Shown piece by piece: positions 9,038 through 18,407 of a DNA stretch of 21,322 nt; the first letter of the stretch is position 1, and each line of letters starts with the position of its first letter. The stretch is from assembly GCA_051117555.1 (NCBI GenBank), contig JBNPEG010000116.1, forward strand, positions 1 through 21,322. Direction: 5' to 3'. The notes below the pieces were generated by a model. That model did no database searches. It had not been told where the DNA came from and saw nothing but the letters and a program-made list of their open reading frames with translations. A program made the translations under genes and the position numbers. Origin of the DNA: Elainellaceae cyanobacterium (lineage in GTDB: Bacteria; Cyanobacteriota; Cyanobacteriia; CAZCXK01).

Positions 9038-9083
9038 TATGAGTCCAAACACGGATTCTTTATGAGTCCAAACGCGGATTCTT
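9038..9083. repeat. 23-bp tandem duplication TATGAGTCCAAAC(A/G)CGGATTCTT x2
   Basis: Units at 9038-9060 and 9061-9083 differ at one base. Each unit can fold GAGUCC/GGAUUC. Confidence 0.9.
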
Positions 9084-9277
9084 CGTCAAGATGCTAGTTT
9101 GTGGATGCTGTGGGGATCAACCGAGCAAAATTTGGAGACATTTCGAAGTCGGTCACCTCGCCAGATTGAGTTAAGGGATAATGTGAATATGGCAAACTCA
9201 ATTCTTAAATGCTTAGAATTCAAATAGCCACACCGGTCATCAAAACTTTATAACGACTCACCTCATTCATTTTTTCT

Positions 9278-9982
9278 ATGCTTGTATCTCAGTCCTCGGA
9301 TTATCTGATTAACAGCGCTCACCGCTCAGATTTATACTCAATCGGAGCGATGCCCTATGAGCTTCAGAGTGTTGTTCCAATGGTTGTTGAACAATCAGGT
9401 CGAGGTGAACGCGCATTCGATATTTACTCTCGCCTGCTTCGAGAACGGATTATCTTCCTCGGCACTCAAGTCAACGATGAAGTCGCTGACTCAATCGTGG
9501 CTCAACTCTTGTTTCTGGACGCTGAAGAGCCAGAAAAAGATATTCAGCTCTATATCAATTCTCCCGGCGGATCTGTCACGGCGGGCATGGCCATTTATGA
9601 CACCATGCAGCAAATTCGACCGGATGTAGCAACCATTTGTTTTGGTCTTGCTGCTAGTATGGGAGCGTTCTTACTAGCTGCGGGAGCGCCCGGTAAGCGC
9701 CTATCCCTGCCTAGTTCGCGAATCATGATTCACCAGCCGCTAGGCGGTGCTCAGGGGCAAGCGGTAGATATCGAAATCCAAGCTCGGGAAATCTTGTATC
9801 ATAAGCGAAAGCTTAATGAACTGCTGGCTCATCATACGGGGCAGCCCTTAGAAAGAATCGAGACAGATACCGACCGCGACTTTTTTATGTCAACGGCAGA
9901 AGCGAAAGAGTATGGTCTGATTGATCAGATCATCGCCAAGCGAAATCTGCCAGCGCCAGGAGAGCCTGTTACTGCATCATAA
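9278..9982 (+). CDS. clpP: ATP-dependent Clp protease proteolytic subunit (cyanobacterial ClpP2-type with N-terminal extension)
   Basis: [31 protein letters not shown], catalytic Ser (AASMG), His (IHQP) and Asp (DRDFF). Start uncertain; an alternative ATG is at 9350. Confidence 0.96.
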   Translation: MLVSQSSDYLINSAHRSDLYSIGAMPYELQSVVPMVVEQSGRGERAFDIYSRLLRERIIFLGTQVNDEVADSIVAQLLFLDAEEPEKDIQLYINSPGGSVTAGMAIYDTMQQIRPDVATICFGLAASMGAFLLAAGAPGKRLSLPSSRIMIHQPLGGAQGQAVDIEIQAREILYHKRKLNELLAHHTGQPLERIETDTDRDFFMSTAEAKEYGLIDQIIAKRNLPAPGEPVTAS

Positions 9983-9991
9983 GGGGCAATT

Positions 9992-11329
9992 ATGTCGAAA
10001 TATGACTCCCATCTAAAATGTTCATTCTGTGGAAAGTCGCAGGAACAAGTTCGTAAGCTGATTGCCGGACCAGGAGTCTATATCTGTGATGAATGCGTCG
10101 ATCTCTGTAATGAAATTTTAGATGAGGAGTTGTTTGATTCAAGCTCGTCGGTTCCCCCACCCTCTCCTCGGCGTGAGCAACAACCGGAAAAGCGAAAAGC
10201 GCGATCGCCTCATATTTCACTAGGGCAAATGCCCAAGCCAATGGAGATTAAGAAGCATCTTGATCAGCACGTAATCGGGCAAGATGAGGCAAAAAAGGTA
10301 CTCTCAGTGGCGGTGTATAACCACTACAAGCGCCTAGGCTGTGAACAGCTTAAAGGGAGTGGTCGGGGAGACGATTCTGTCGAGCTGCAAAAGTCAAATA
10401 TCCTGTTGATTGGTCCGACGGGCTGTGGCAAAACGTTGCTAGCTCAGACCCTTGCTGAAATGCTCGATGTGCCCTTCGCAGTGGCGGATGCTACAACGCT
10501 GACTGAGGCAGGCTACGTAGGTGAAGACGTTGAGAATATCTTGCTACGACTTCTGCAAGTTGCCGACTTAGATGTCGAAGAAGCGCAGCGCGGCATTATT
10601 TATATCGACGAGATCGACAAAGTTGCCCGCAAGAGCGAAAATCCATCCATTACTCGCGATGTGTCGGGCGAAGGAGTGCAGCAGGCTCTTCTCAAGATGC
10701 TGGAAGGGACTCTTGCAAATGTTCCTCCCCAAGGTGGGCGTAAGCATCCCTACCAAGACTGCATTCAAATCGATACCACCAACATTCTCTTTATCTGTGG
10801 GGGAGCATTTGTTGGGCTAGAGAAAACGGTTGAGCAGCGCACGGGTAAGAAGTCTATCGGGTTTATTCAACCGGGCGATCGCCTGACGAAGGAAAAACGC
10901 GCAGCAGATATTCTGAAGCATCTTGAGCCCGACGATCTCGTTAAATTTGGGATGATTCCTGAATTCATCGGGCGGGTTCCGGTTGTTGCCGTTGTTGATC
11001 CGCTTGATGAAGATGCCCTAACCGAAATTCTGACCGAGCCCCGCAATGCGCTAGTGAAGCAATATCAAAAGCTGCTGAAGATGGACAATGTTCATCTTGA
11101 GTTTAAGCAGGATGCGATTCGGGCGATCGCCAAAGAGGCATATCGTCGGAAGACTGGGGCGCGAGCGCTTCGAGGCATCGTCGAAGAACTTATGCTGGAT
11201 GTAATGTATGAGTTGCCGTCCCGTAAGGACGTGACTCGCTGTATCGTAACTCGTGAGATGGTTGAGAAGCGTTCAACCGCAGAGTTATTAGTGCATCCAT
11301 CATCGTTGCCTAAGCCAGAATCTGCTTAA
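9992..11329 (+). CDS. clpX: ATP-dependent Clp protease ATP-binding subunit ClpX
   Basis: Zn-finger CSFC..CDEC, Walker A GPTGCGKT, pore loop GYVG, Walker [13 protein letters not shown] loop, IGF loop, GARALR. Confidence 0.98.
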   Translation: MSKYDSHLKCSFCGKSQEQVRKLIAGPGVYICDECVDLCNEILDEELFDSSSSVPPPSPRREQQPEKRKARSPHISLGQMPKPMEIKKHLDQHVIGQDEAKKVLSVAVYNHYKRLGCEQLKGSGRGDDSVELQKSNILLIGPTGCGKTLLAQTLAEMLDVPFAVADATTLTEAGYVGEDVENILLRLLQVADLDVEEAQRGIIYIDEIDKVARKSENPSITRDVSGEGVQQALLKMLEGTLANVPPQGGRKHPYQDCIQIDTTNILFICGGAFVGLEKTVEQRTGKKSIGFIQPGDRLTKEKRAADILKHLEPDDLVKFGMIPEFIGRVPVVAVVDPLDEDALTEILTEPRNALVKQYQKLLKMDNVHLEFKQDAIRAIAKEAYRRKTGARALRGIVEELMLDVMYELPSRKDVTRCIVTREMVEKRSTAELLVHPSSLPKPESA

Positions 11330-11403
11330 AATCCAGCAACGTGATAACTGACATGGGTTAAGAGCGCTGGCGGTCTTACCGTTGATCGGGGTTCAAACTA
11401 GAG

Positions 11404-12291
11404 ATGCCGTATATCGATATTCGTGGCGTTAATCACTACTACGAGTGGATTAGCGATGCAAAATCTACCGATTTGTCTCAACCCAAAACCGAAAAGCCCG
11501 TTATGGTTTTTCTGCATGGATGGGCAGGTTCGACGCGATATTGGGAAAGCACAGCACGAACATTAGCCCCTTATTTTGATTGCTTGCTCTATGATCTCAG
11601 AGGATTTGGGCGATCGCTCCTACCTAGACCCATCCAGGTTGAGGTAGACGCGTTGGGCTATGAGTTAGAAAGCTACGCTGATGATTTAGCGATTTTGTTA
11701 GATCAGTTCGGCATTGATTCTATCTATCTCAACGCCCATTCGACAGGGGCTTCCATTGCTACGCTGTTTCTCAATCGCTATTCAACCCGCGTCAAACGTG
11801 CCATTCTCACGTGCAGTGGCATTTTTGAATACAATGAACGCGCGTTTGGGGCATTTCATACCTTCGGAGGCTATGTGGTGCGGTTTCGCCCCAACTGGTT
11901 CTTAAGCATTCCATTCCTTGAGCGCATGTTCATGGCTCGATTTTTGCATCGTCAAATTCCGGGTGCTGACCAACGAGCCTTTCTTGAGGATTTTCTGAAA
12001 GCAGATTACGAAGCCGCCCTCGGTACAATCTACACGGCTGTGAGCAAATATGCGGCTGATACGATGCCCAAAGAGTTTGCCCGCCTGAGCGTTCCAACCC
12101 TTTTGATATCTGGGCAATACGACAAAATTATCCCGGCTGAGATGGGGCGACAGGCAGCCGCTCTGAGCGATGCAGTTACGCAGGTTGTCATCCCCAAGAC
12201 GTCTCATTTCCCGATGCTAGAAGACCCACCTACGTATTTGCAACACGTACAAGAATTTCTTCAGGCTGAGGTTGCTAGCATGACTCACTAG
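11404..12291 (+). CDS. Alpha/beta fold hydrolase
   Basis: FLHGW oxyanion motif, YDLRGFGRS, nucleophile elbow AHSTG, acid in GQYD, His in SHFP. Confidence 0.9.
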   Translation: MPYIDIRGVNHYYEWISDAKSTDLSQPKTEKPVMVFLHGWAGSTRYWESTARTLAPYFDCLLYDLRGFGRSLLPRPIQVEVDALGYELESYADDLAILLDQFGIDSIYLNAHSTGASIATLFLNRYSTRVKRAILTCSGIFEYNERAFGAFHTFGGYVVRFRPNWFLSIPFLERMFMARFLHRQIPGADQRAFLEDFLKADYEAALGTIYTAVSKYAADTMPKEFARLSVPTLLISGQYDKIIPAEMGRQAAALSDAVTQVVIPKTSHFPMLEDPPTYLQHVQEFLQAEVASMTH

Positions 12292-12331
12292 CGATCGCTG
12301 GAATGATACGGGTACTCGTTTTGCGACCTGG

Positions 12332-13258
12332 CTATTGGGTGATCCAGAAATAGTCAGCAATAGGAGTCCCGTTTTCGTCTAGAGACTCAGTATCGCCGCC
12401 TGGATTGAGCAGGAGCGATCGCTGGCTAAACCCATTAACTCCGCTTAAACGGCGTTCAACTCGGCTCGGAATTCCATATCCATAGACTAAATGACCTTGC
12501 CCTGCCAGAACCACAAGTTGGGTATCGGGGTTGGTCATCCAAAAGTCTGCAATCCGCTCCGCCATCGTTTCATCCCACAAGACCTGAGCCAGAAAAAAAT
12601 TTTCAAAGTTTTCGCTATTGCCGTGGCCGTGATGAGATTGGTTAAAAATAGTGGACAGCATTTGCTGATACAGGTGGTTATCCGTGCGAATGTCTGATTC
12701 GGGCGGAATCCATTGCCGGTCGGATTCGTTAAGACTTCCGAGCCCGTTCCGTGCTACTTTCCGAGTAATCTCGGCAGGCACATTTAAGGCAAGGACCGGA
12801 ATATTTTGAGCGTGAGCAAATTCAAGAATCGGGGCGTAGTAGCTCCAGGGAAACCCCCACCGCTGATCGTATTCACTTTGCTGGCGCAATTCATCTGCTG
12901 AAATATCTCCGGCTAGATACGCATCTAAAACCGATTGAAACGGACGCTGAAACATTTCCATCCCGATCGCCAGTCGCGGATTACGCTGGTATAGTTCTTG
13001 AATAATGGCCATCTGGGCGTCATGGTCTTCTTGACTGTCATGGGTTTCTCCCAGATACACGACATCAGCATCGGCTAGCTCTTGAAATACCTGCTGGCGA
13101 TCGACCGTCTGCTGGCTGCCAGCGTATTGGATCTGGGAGTCTGAAAGGATCTGGAGTTTGCTTACGTTAGGGTCTGGAACGGCATTGCACGCGGCAGTTG
13201 AAATCATGGATGACAGAACGATGAATCCTAATGACCAACCCCAGATCCGCAACCCCAT
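12332..13258 (-). CDS. ChaN-family (DUF399, haem/iron-uptake associated) lipoprotein
   Basis: VVYLGETHD..H..Q, GMEMF, W..PWSYY.PI, AQVLWDETMA, LAGQGH. Hydrophobic signal ending in a lipobox-like TAAC. Start chosen at ATG 13258; alternative at 13291. Confidence 0.82.
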   Translation of the reverse strand: MGLRIWGWSLGFIVLSSMISTAACNAVPDPNVSKLQILSDSQIQYAGSQQTVDRQQVFQELADADVVYLGETHDSQEDHDAQMAIIQELYQRNPRLAIGMEMFQRPFQSVLDAYLAGDISADELRQQSEYDQRWGFPWSYYAPILEFAHAQNIPVLALNVPAEITRKVARNGLGSLNESDRQWIPPESDIRTDNHLYQQMLSTIFNQSHHGHGNSENFENFFLAQVLWDETMAERIADFWMTNPDTQLVVLAGQGHLVYGYGIPSRVERRLSGVNGFSQRSLLLNPGGDTESLDENGTPIADYFWITQ

Positions 13259-13484
13259 CCTAATTCTGATGCCAGCGATAGAATAGTTCATGTAAATAAT
13301 GATGACACAGGTGAGCGATCGCCGCCTTGACACTCAGTCATCCAGTCTGAACGAATCTAAAGACGAGATGCCTAAGCATTACACTTCATTGCAAAGTGTC
13401 AATTTAATACTGGCTTGCGTGATACGGTCGTTACCAATGATTCATACAAGGCAAAACTCTTGTAGAGAGTGTAAAGGTTTATTC

Positions 13485-13706
13485 ATGATGGAGAACACGT
13501 TGGTTACCAATTCAAATCCCGTATCAAATCAAACTCCTTCTCCCCGCGAAGATTTCAGCGAATATGTTGCCCATCTTCAGCTTCATATGGCGTTACAAGC
13601 TCGAAATTTAGTGCCGACCTTGACTCAAACTGCTGACACCCGTGAACAGCTTCTACATCAAACTCAGGCTGACTTTGAGAAATTTGTCTCCCGTCAGATG
13701 GTGTAG
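13485..13706 (+). CDS. Small hypothetical protein (about 73 aa), probably helical
   Basis: C-terminal part of ORF 13299-13706. AAAGG precedes ATGATG at 13485. Protein-like helical core FSEYVAHLQLHMALQARNL..LLHQTQADFEK fills the gap between two genes. Confidence 0.65.
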   Translation: MMENTLVTNSNPVSNQTPSPREDFSEYVAHLQLHMALQARNLVPTLTQTADTREQLLHQTQADFEKFVSRQMV

Positions 13707-13815
13707 CTGACTTGTGTAACATTTTGCAAACTCGCCTAGATTTGGTCATCATGGGAGAGGCACCGAAATTTAAAGCCAATTCGATAACGTTTGATCGGTC
13801 TAAGCGAGTTTAGTT

Positions 13816-15087
13816 TTGTCATTAGCTCAGGCACTCAATTCCCAACAACGCTCTAACCTGTGGGTTTTATTCGCCGCAGGTCTTTTATTTTGGTCGGGGT
13901 TGGCAGCCATGTTGCCGACCCTGCCCCTCTATATTCAAGACATTGGTGGAACGAGCCAGCAGGTCGGGCTCGTAATGGGCTGTTTTGCCTTGGGTTTATT
14001 AATTTCACGACCCCGATTAGCTCGACTCGCTGACAATCGCAGTCGAAAGATCGTACTACTGATTGGTATGGCAGCGATCGCCATTGCGCCACTTGGGTAC
14101 GCGATCGCCGCATCGATTCCTCTTTTGATGGTGGTTCGGGCCTTTCATGGCATCAGCATTGCCGCCTTCGCAACGGCCTATGTTGCGCTGGTGGTTGATT
14201 TGTCTCCTGCCGCGAATCGAGGAGAACTCATCGGTTACATGAGTCTGGTCAATCCGCTGGGATTAGCGATAGGGCCTGCTCTGGGAGGGTTCTTACATGA
14301 GTGGAAGGGCTTCATCCCGGCATTTTTGATGGCTGCAGGACTCGGCATGATTGGCTTAATTTGCACCAGTCGCGTTCAAGAACCTGAGAAAAATCAATTC
14401 CCCACTCCCGACAAATCCCTTCAGACGCAAAATTTTTGGCGGATGCTGATTTGTCCTCATATTCGGGTGCCTGCCTTTGTGTTGCTGATGGTGGGGCTAG
14501 CATTTGGCACGATTACGAGTTTTGCACCGCTCTACATCAAAGAAGCAGGCGTTGAGCTGAATGTCGGGCTGTTTTATACGGCTGCGGCGATCGCCAGCTT
14601 TAGCATTCGACTCTTTACCGGACGAGCTTCCGATCGCTACGGGCGAGGCTTGTTTATCTCAATCAGTTTAGGGCTTTACGTATGTGCGATGCTGGCACTG
14701 TGGCGAGCCGATAGTGCGGTCACGTTTCTGTTTGCCGGTATTCTCCAAGGGGCAGGCGGCGGAACGCTCATTCCTATGATCGCAGCGCTGATGGCAGATC
14801 GGTCAAAACCTGCCGAGAGGGGGCGAACCTTTGGGCTATGCATGGTCGGCTTTGATGTAGGTATTGCTATGGCAGGCCCTATCGTCGGGGCGATCGCCGA
14901 CCAGGTTGGATATCGAGATGTCTTTGGGCTTGCGGCAGTCTTAGGACTTGTTGGGCTGGGCGTATTCCTTACTCAGTCGAGTAAAGACATTGCTCAATCA
15001 CTACGGTTTGCAACAGGTCGCGGACCTGATGTGTATGCGATCGCTCAACCGACTTTCTCAGCGCCCAACCAGGGGCAAAATCCTTAA
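13816..15087 (+). CDS. MFS transporter
   Basis: About 12 hydrophobic segments; motif-A-like LARLADNRSRK and GRASDRYGR; R.FHG; ..RG..G loops in both halves. TTG start. Confidence 0.92.
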   Translation: MSLAQALNSQQRSNLWVLFAAGLLFWSGLAAMLPTLPLYIQDIGGTSQQVGLVMGCFALGLLISRPRLARLADNRSRKIVLLIGMAAIAIAPLGYAIAASIPLLMVVRAFHGISIAAFATAYVALVVDLSPAANRGELIGYMSLVNPLGLAIGPALGGFLHEWKGFIPAFLMAAGLGMIGLICTSRVQEPEKNQFPTPDKSLQTQNFWRMLICPHIRVPAFVLLMVGLAFGTITSFAPLYIKEAGVELNVGLFYTAAAIASFSIRLFTGRASDRYGRGLFISISLGLYVCAMLALWRADSAVTFLFAGILQGAGGGTLIPMIAALMADRSKPAERGRTFGLCMVGFDVGIAMAGPIVGAIADQVGYRDVFGLAAVLGLVGLGVFLTQSSKDIAQSLRFATGRGPDVYAIAQPTFSAPNQGQNP

Positions 15088-15114
15088 CAGGCAAAAATAT
15101 TTTTGCCTGTTAAG
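15083..15114. terminator. Perfect 32-bp palindrome, probable terminator between the convergent MFS gene and tRNA
   Basis: CTTAACAGGCAAAAAT|ATTTTTGCCTGTTAAG is self-complementary with no spacer and includes the MFS stop codon. Confidence 0.6.
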
Positions 15115-15157
15115 CAAACATAAATCGGGTCTGGATATCCGCTCGATTTTAATAAAA

Positions 15158-15231
15158 CGGGCTAGGAGGGATTCGAACCCCCGACACCGTGGTCCGTAGC
15201 CACGTGCTCTAGTCCACTGAGCTACAAGCCC
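15158..15231 (-). tRNA. tRNA-Arg(ACG)
   Basis: Reverse complement GGGCTTGTAGCTCAGTGGACTAGAGCACGTGGCTACGGACCACGGTGTCGGGGGTTCGAATCCCTCCTAGCCCG: D-arm GCTC/GAGC, anticodon arm CGTGG-CT-ACG-GA-CCACG, T-loop TTCGAAT. CCA is not encoded. Confidence 0.97.
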
Positions 15232-15266
15232 CCGTCCAAATATTGATAATAGCACACTTGATTTGA

Positions 15267-15791
15267 ATGACACAAAATTCTTCATTCTCCTCGGCTGATC
15301 AAGCTCCCCAGCAAACGCTGACCCATCTTGATTCCCAGGGGCAGGCACAGATGGTCGATGTGTCTGCCAAATCGCCTAATAGTCGGCAGGCGATCGCCAC
15401 GGGACAAGTGCGCATGTTGCCGACGACCTTCGCCACCATTCAAGCGGGCAATGCTCCAAAAGGAGACGTGTTAGGTACGGCAAGACTGGCAGGCATCATG
15501 GCCGCTAAACAAACGGCTCACCTGATTCCCCTTTGTCATCCATTGCCGCTTCAGAAAGTTGAGGTATCGCTGACGCCGGATGAGCAGTTACCGGGCTACC
15601 ATATTCAAGCCGAGGTGAAAACGAACGCTGAAACTGGCGTCGAAATGGAGGCGCTGACGGCTGTTTCAGTGGCAGCCTTGACCCTCTACGACATGGCAAA
15701 AGCTCTAGAAAAGTCGATCAAAATTGAAGCCATCCAGCTTCTTAGCAAAACGGGCGGAAAATCAGGCGACTATCATGCTCAGGTTGACTAG
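15267..15791 (+). CDS. moaC: Cyclic pyranopterin monophosphate synthase
   Basis: [56 protein letters not shown]. Confidence 0.97.
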   Translation: MTQNSSFSSADQAPQQTLTHLDSQGQAQMVDVSAKSPNSRQAIATGQVRMLPTTFATIQAGNAPKGDVLGTARLAGIMAAKQTAHLIPLCHPLPLQKVEVSLTPDEQLPGYHIQAEVKTNAETGVEMEALTAVSVAALTLYDMAKALEKSIKIEAIQLLSKTGGKSGDYHAQVD

Positions 15792-16219
15792 GCGGTGTCG
15801 GGAGAAATTAGGCGCAGCGCTTGAACCAAAATTTTCGATTTGTCGATAATCTCTTCTAACTCATCCGCATCATAACGTCCATCCAATACCTCCAATGAGG
15901 CTTCGTCGATCGCGTTAAGGTAAGCCTCTTCTAAAATGTCTGCTAACTCGTCTGGCGCCAAATAATAACCGCCTGCTTTGCGCCGCCGGTTCTCTCGCTG
16001 AATTTCTCGCACAGAATTGCGGATCGAAACCTCCCAAGACCGTGTTGTTCGGTTTTCTGCATGTTGTTTGATGAGATGCAGCAACAGAATAACCGCATAA
16101 CTCCGAATTGTTTTGACAATTCCTTTTCGACCCATCTCTTCTAGATCGTCAACAATGGCAAGCGATCCCCGAATATCTCCCTTCAGAAGTAATTCCTTTA
16201 GCTCTAGTAATTCTTCCAT
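15788..16219 (-). CDS. DUF29-family protein
   Basis: LEEMGR..., [23 protein letters not shown] pattern typical of cyanobacterial DUF29 proteins. Start set to MEELLEL (16219). The stop overlaps the moaC stop at CTAG. Confidence 0.8.
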   Translation of the reverse strand: MEELLELKELLLKGDIRGSLAIVDDLEEMGRKGIVKTIRSYAVILLLHLIKQHAENRTTRSWEVSIRNSVREIQRENRRRKAGGYYLAPDELADILEEAYLNAIDEASLEVLDGRYDADELEEIIDKSKILVQALRLISPDTA

Positions 16220-16305
16220 AGCGGTTTTATTCAATGAGAACAGAAGCCAAGCACTGGGATAGCTTAATCTTAAAGCTATAGTCTGAACCTGCGTGAGGCG
16301 CAACA

Positions 16306-18027
16306 TCATGCACGAACTTCGAGCGATCGCAATCGATTTAGCGCCGCTGCCAACTCAAATGAACGAAAGACCGCTAAATCGCCTTCTGGATATCGAGTCA
16401 GCACATCTAGCCCATCAGCGTCAATGTCTGCAATGATTCGGTTGATTGCATCTTGGAGGGGATATTGATCCCCCAAATAGCGATCCTGCAAGCGGGCGAT
16501 CGCCTTGCCGATTGCTCGAAGCTGACCGATATCGACAATTTGTTCGATGGCAGAAAGGTCGATGTCTTCAGATCCAAAGCGAATCTCATCGACATCGCGT
16601 ACCTTCAGCTTTGGCCCCCGTGGATCGCTGTTTGAATCGAGTCGTTTGGATAACGGCACTCTAGGGGTTAGGTCACCAAAGGTTTCGCCACCTTCAGCCG
16701 CGCGATCGGTGGCATAGTGTTGGGCGATCGCCTTGGCTTGCTCAGTCAGGTCGCGGGGCTGAAAGTCAGCCATGCCGATAATAAGGTCAGCTACGTCGAA
16801 ATAGTCGCCACTGCCGCCCATCACCAGAATTGTCGACACGCCTCGGTCATCGTAAAGCTGCCGAATTTTGTCGATAAACGGCGTAATCGGCTCTTTGTCT
16901 TTGGCAATCAGGGCTTGCATGCGGCGATCGCGAATCATAAAATTGGTCGCAGATGTGTCTTCATCGACCAAGAGCATCTCTGTCCCCACTTCCAACGCTT
17001 CGATAATATTGGCCGCTTGAGAGGTGCTGCCGCTGGCGTTTTCGGTGGAAAACCGAGTCGTTGAGCGACCTTGAGGTAGGCGGTTGATAAATGGCGAAAT
17101 ATCGACTCCAGTGATGCTGCGACCATCCTCAGCCCGGATTTTAACGGCTGAGGGAGTGGTGACAACCATTTCTCGCCCATCGGCAGGAATGTGATTATAC
17201 ACACCGAGGGCGATCGCCTCCAGCAGCGTCGATTTCCCGTGATAGCCGCCTCCGACGATCAGCGTTACCCCGTTAGGAATGCCCATTCCTGTAATCTGAC
17301 CCAAGTTGGGTCGTTCAAACGCAACTCGGAGAGCATCAGGCGATTGAAATGGAACGCAGTGCTCCGCTAGGGGGCGATCGTCGACTCCGCTTCGTCGGGG
17401 CAAAACTGCCCCATCGGGAACAAATGCAACGAGTCCTCGTGCTTGAAGTTGCTGACGCAGCCAATCTGCATCTTCAATGGTTTCCACATGATGTTGAATT
17501 TCTGTGGCATCGAGGCTGCCATAGTTGAGAGCCCGCTCTACTATGTCGGGAATATCGTCACACAACAGTTCGGCGGCTTGTCGTCCCAGAATCGAGCGTC
17601 CCTGTGCAGGAAGACCGACTACGAATCGAGCCTCCACATAATCGTCGCCGATCAATGCCGAATTGCGGTCGATCACCTGCTGCCCTGGACGGGCGATCGC
17701 AATTAAGCCACTTTTACCACTGCCTCGTTTACCCCGAAGCTCGGATGCAACTCGGTTAAATTGTCGAGTGAGATAGTCTCGTAGCGCAATCTCGCGGCTT
17801 TTGGATTGATAGAGATTAGCTGGGAATCTCACCTGCCCACCGTTGCTAGAAACCTGCGGAATCTGGACTCTCAAACTGCTTGGAGCTGCAAATGGATCGC
17901 CCTGAACATGGTCGATGAACAACATAAAGTTAGGAAATTCATATCGACCCTGAATTTGTTTATATGCCTTGTATCCACGCCCATCCAAATCCAGCAGCAT
18001 ATCGTGGAGGCGTTGTGAATTGACCAT
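16306..18027 (-). CDS. Soluble predicted ABC-class ATPase (COG3044/PF09818 type)
   Basis: Y.AYK, DHVQGDPFAAPS, Walker A GGGYHGKST, RAEDGR, signature-like NASGSTSQA, Walker B LLVDEDTSATN, VMGGSGDY. No transmembrane segments. Start set to MVNSQ (18027) after GAAGAG. Confidence 0.88.
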   Translation of the reverse strand: MVNSQRLHDMLLDLDGRGYKAYKQIQGRYEFPNFMLFIDHVQGDPFAAPSSLRVQIPQVSSNGGQVRFPANLYQSKSREIALRDYLTRQFNRVASELRGKRGSGKSGLIAIARPGQQVIDRNSALIGDDYVEARFVVGLPAQGRSILGRQAAELLCDDIPDIVERALNYGSLDATEIQHHVETIEDADWLRQQLQARGLVAFVPDGAVLPRRSGVDDRPLAEHCVPFQSPDALRVAFERPNLGQITGMGIPNGVTLIVGGGYHGKSTLLEAIALGVYNHIPADGREMVVTTPSAVKIRAEDGRSITGVDISPFINRLPQGRSTTRFSTENASGSTSQAANIIEALEVGTEMLLVDEDTSATNFMIRDRRMQALIAKDKEPITPFIDKIRQLYDDRGVSTILVMGGSGDYFDVADLIIGMADFQPRDLTEQAKAIAQHYATDRAAEGGETFGDLTPRVPLSKRLDSNSDPRGPKLKVRDVDEIRFGSEDIDLSAIEQIVDIGQLRAIGKAIARLQDRYLGDQYPLQDAINRIIADIDADGLDVLTRYPEGDLAVFRSFELAAALNRLRSLEVRA

Positions 18028-18097
18028 TTTCTCTTCTAAAAGTTCTCTTCTTAAACTCGTTGACTCACAGACTTGCAGGTTATGCAAGCCCAGCTAT

Positions 18098-18118
18098 TTT
18101 TAGTTAAATTTAATATAA
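18098..18118. promoter_or_regulatory. Putative NrtR operator 1, proximal to the ABC-ATPase gene
   Basis: TTTTA-GT-TAAATTT-AA-TATAA. The surrounding 25-mer is 21/25 identical to operator 2, with one mismatch in the GT-N7-AC core. Confidence 0.55.
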
Positions 18119-18265
18119 GTAAGTAGAACCCTATAGGCGTCAATCCTGAGGCTCTATCTTTAGATAGATTATTAATTCCCAGGTTGAGAGTCAGATTACA
18201 AGTCATGCCGTCTCCGGTGCGGGACTCATTAATTAGATGAAATTCATAATAAACTCAAAGATTAT

Positions 18266-18286
18266 TTTTAGTTGGAATTACTATAA
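18266..18286. promoter_or_regulatory. Putative NrtR operator 2, proximal to pncB
   Basis: 21-bp imperfect palindrome TTTTA-GT-TGGAATT-AC-TATAA with the GT-N7-AC core known for NrtR sites. It lies upstream of an operon encoding NrtR and overlaps a -10-like TACTAT. Confidence 0.75.
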
Positions 18287-18407
18287 GCAGCGCTATTCAT
18301 TTCACAGTAGCTTGCTTACAGTATTAATCTCTCGTATCGCGGACACGGCTTGAACACTCCGAATTATCTCTCGATCGATGCCTACACGCAAAAGGGAACA
18401 TTCGACG

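Noticed and set aside
8995..9083. Possible mini CRISPR array
   Set aside because: The repeats are directly adjacent with no unique spacers, there are two unrelated units, and no cas genes are present.
15115..15231. tRNA-Arg as an integration site of a genomic island
   Set aside because: I saw no integrase and no duplicated tRNA 3' end, and HIP1 sites are common on both sides.
14948..15348. ORFs 14948-15199 (+) and 15058-15348 (-)
   Set aside because: They overlap the tRNA, the palindrome and real genes. Their shared LNRQKYFCLL peptide is just the palindrome read on both strands.
18307..18319. NtcA site (GTAGCTTGCTTAC; similar at 6996-7008)
   Set aside because: Spacing is GTA-N7-TAC rather than the required N8.
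18288..18407. NAD-sensing riboswitch in the pncB leader
   Set aside because: I could not identify convincing stems or known motif features. Regulation is more simply explained by the NrtR-like operator.
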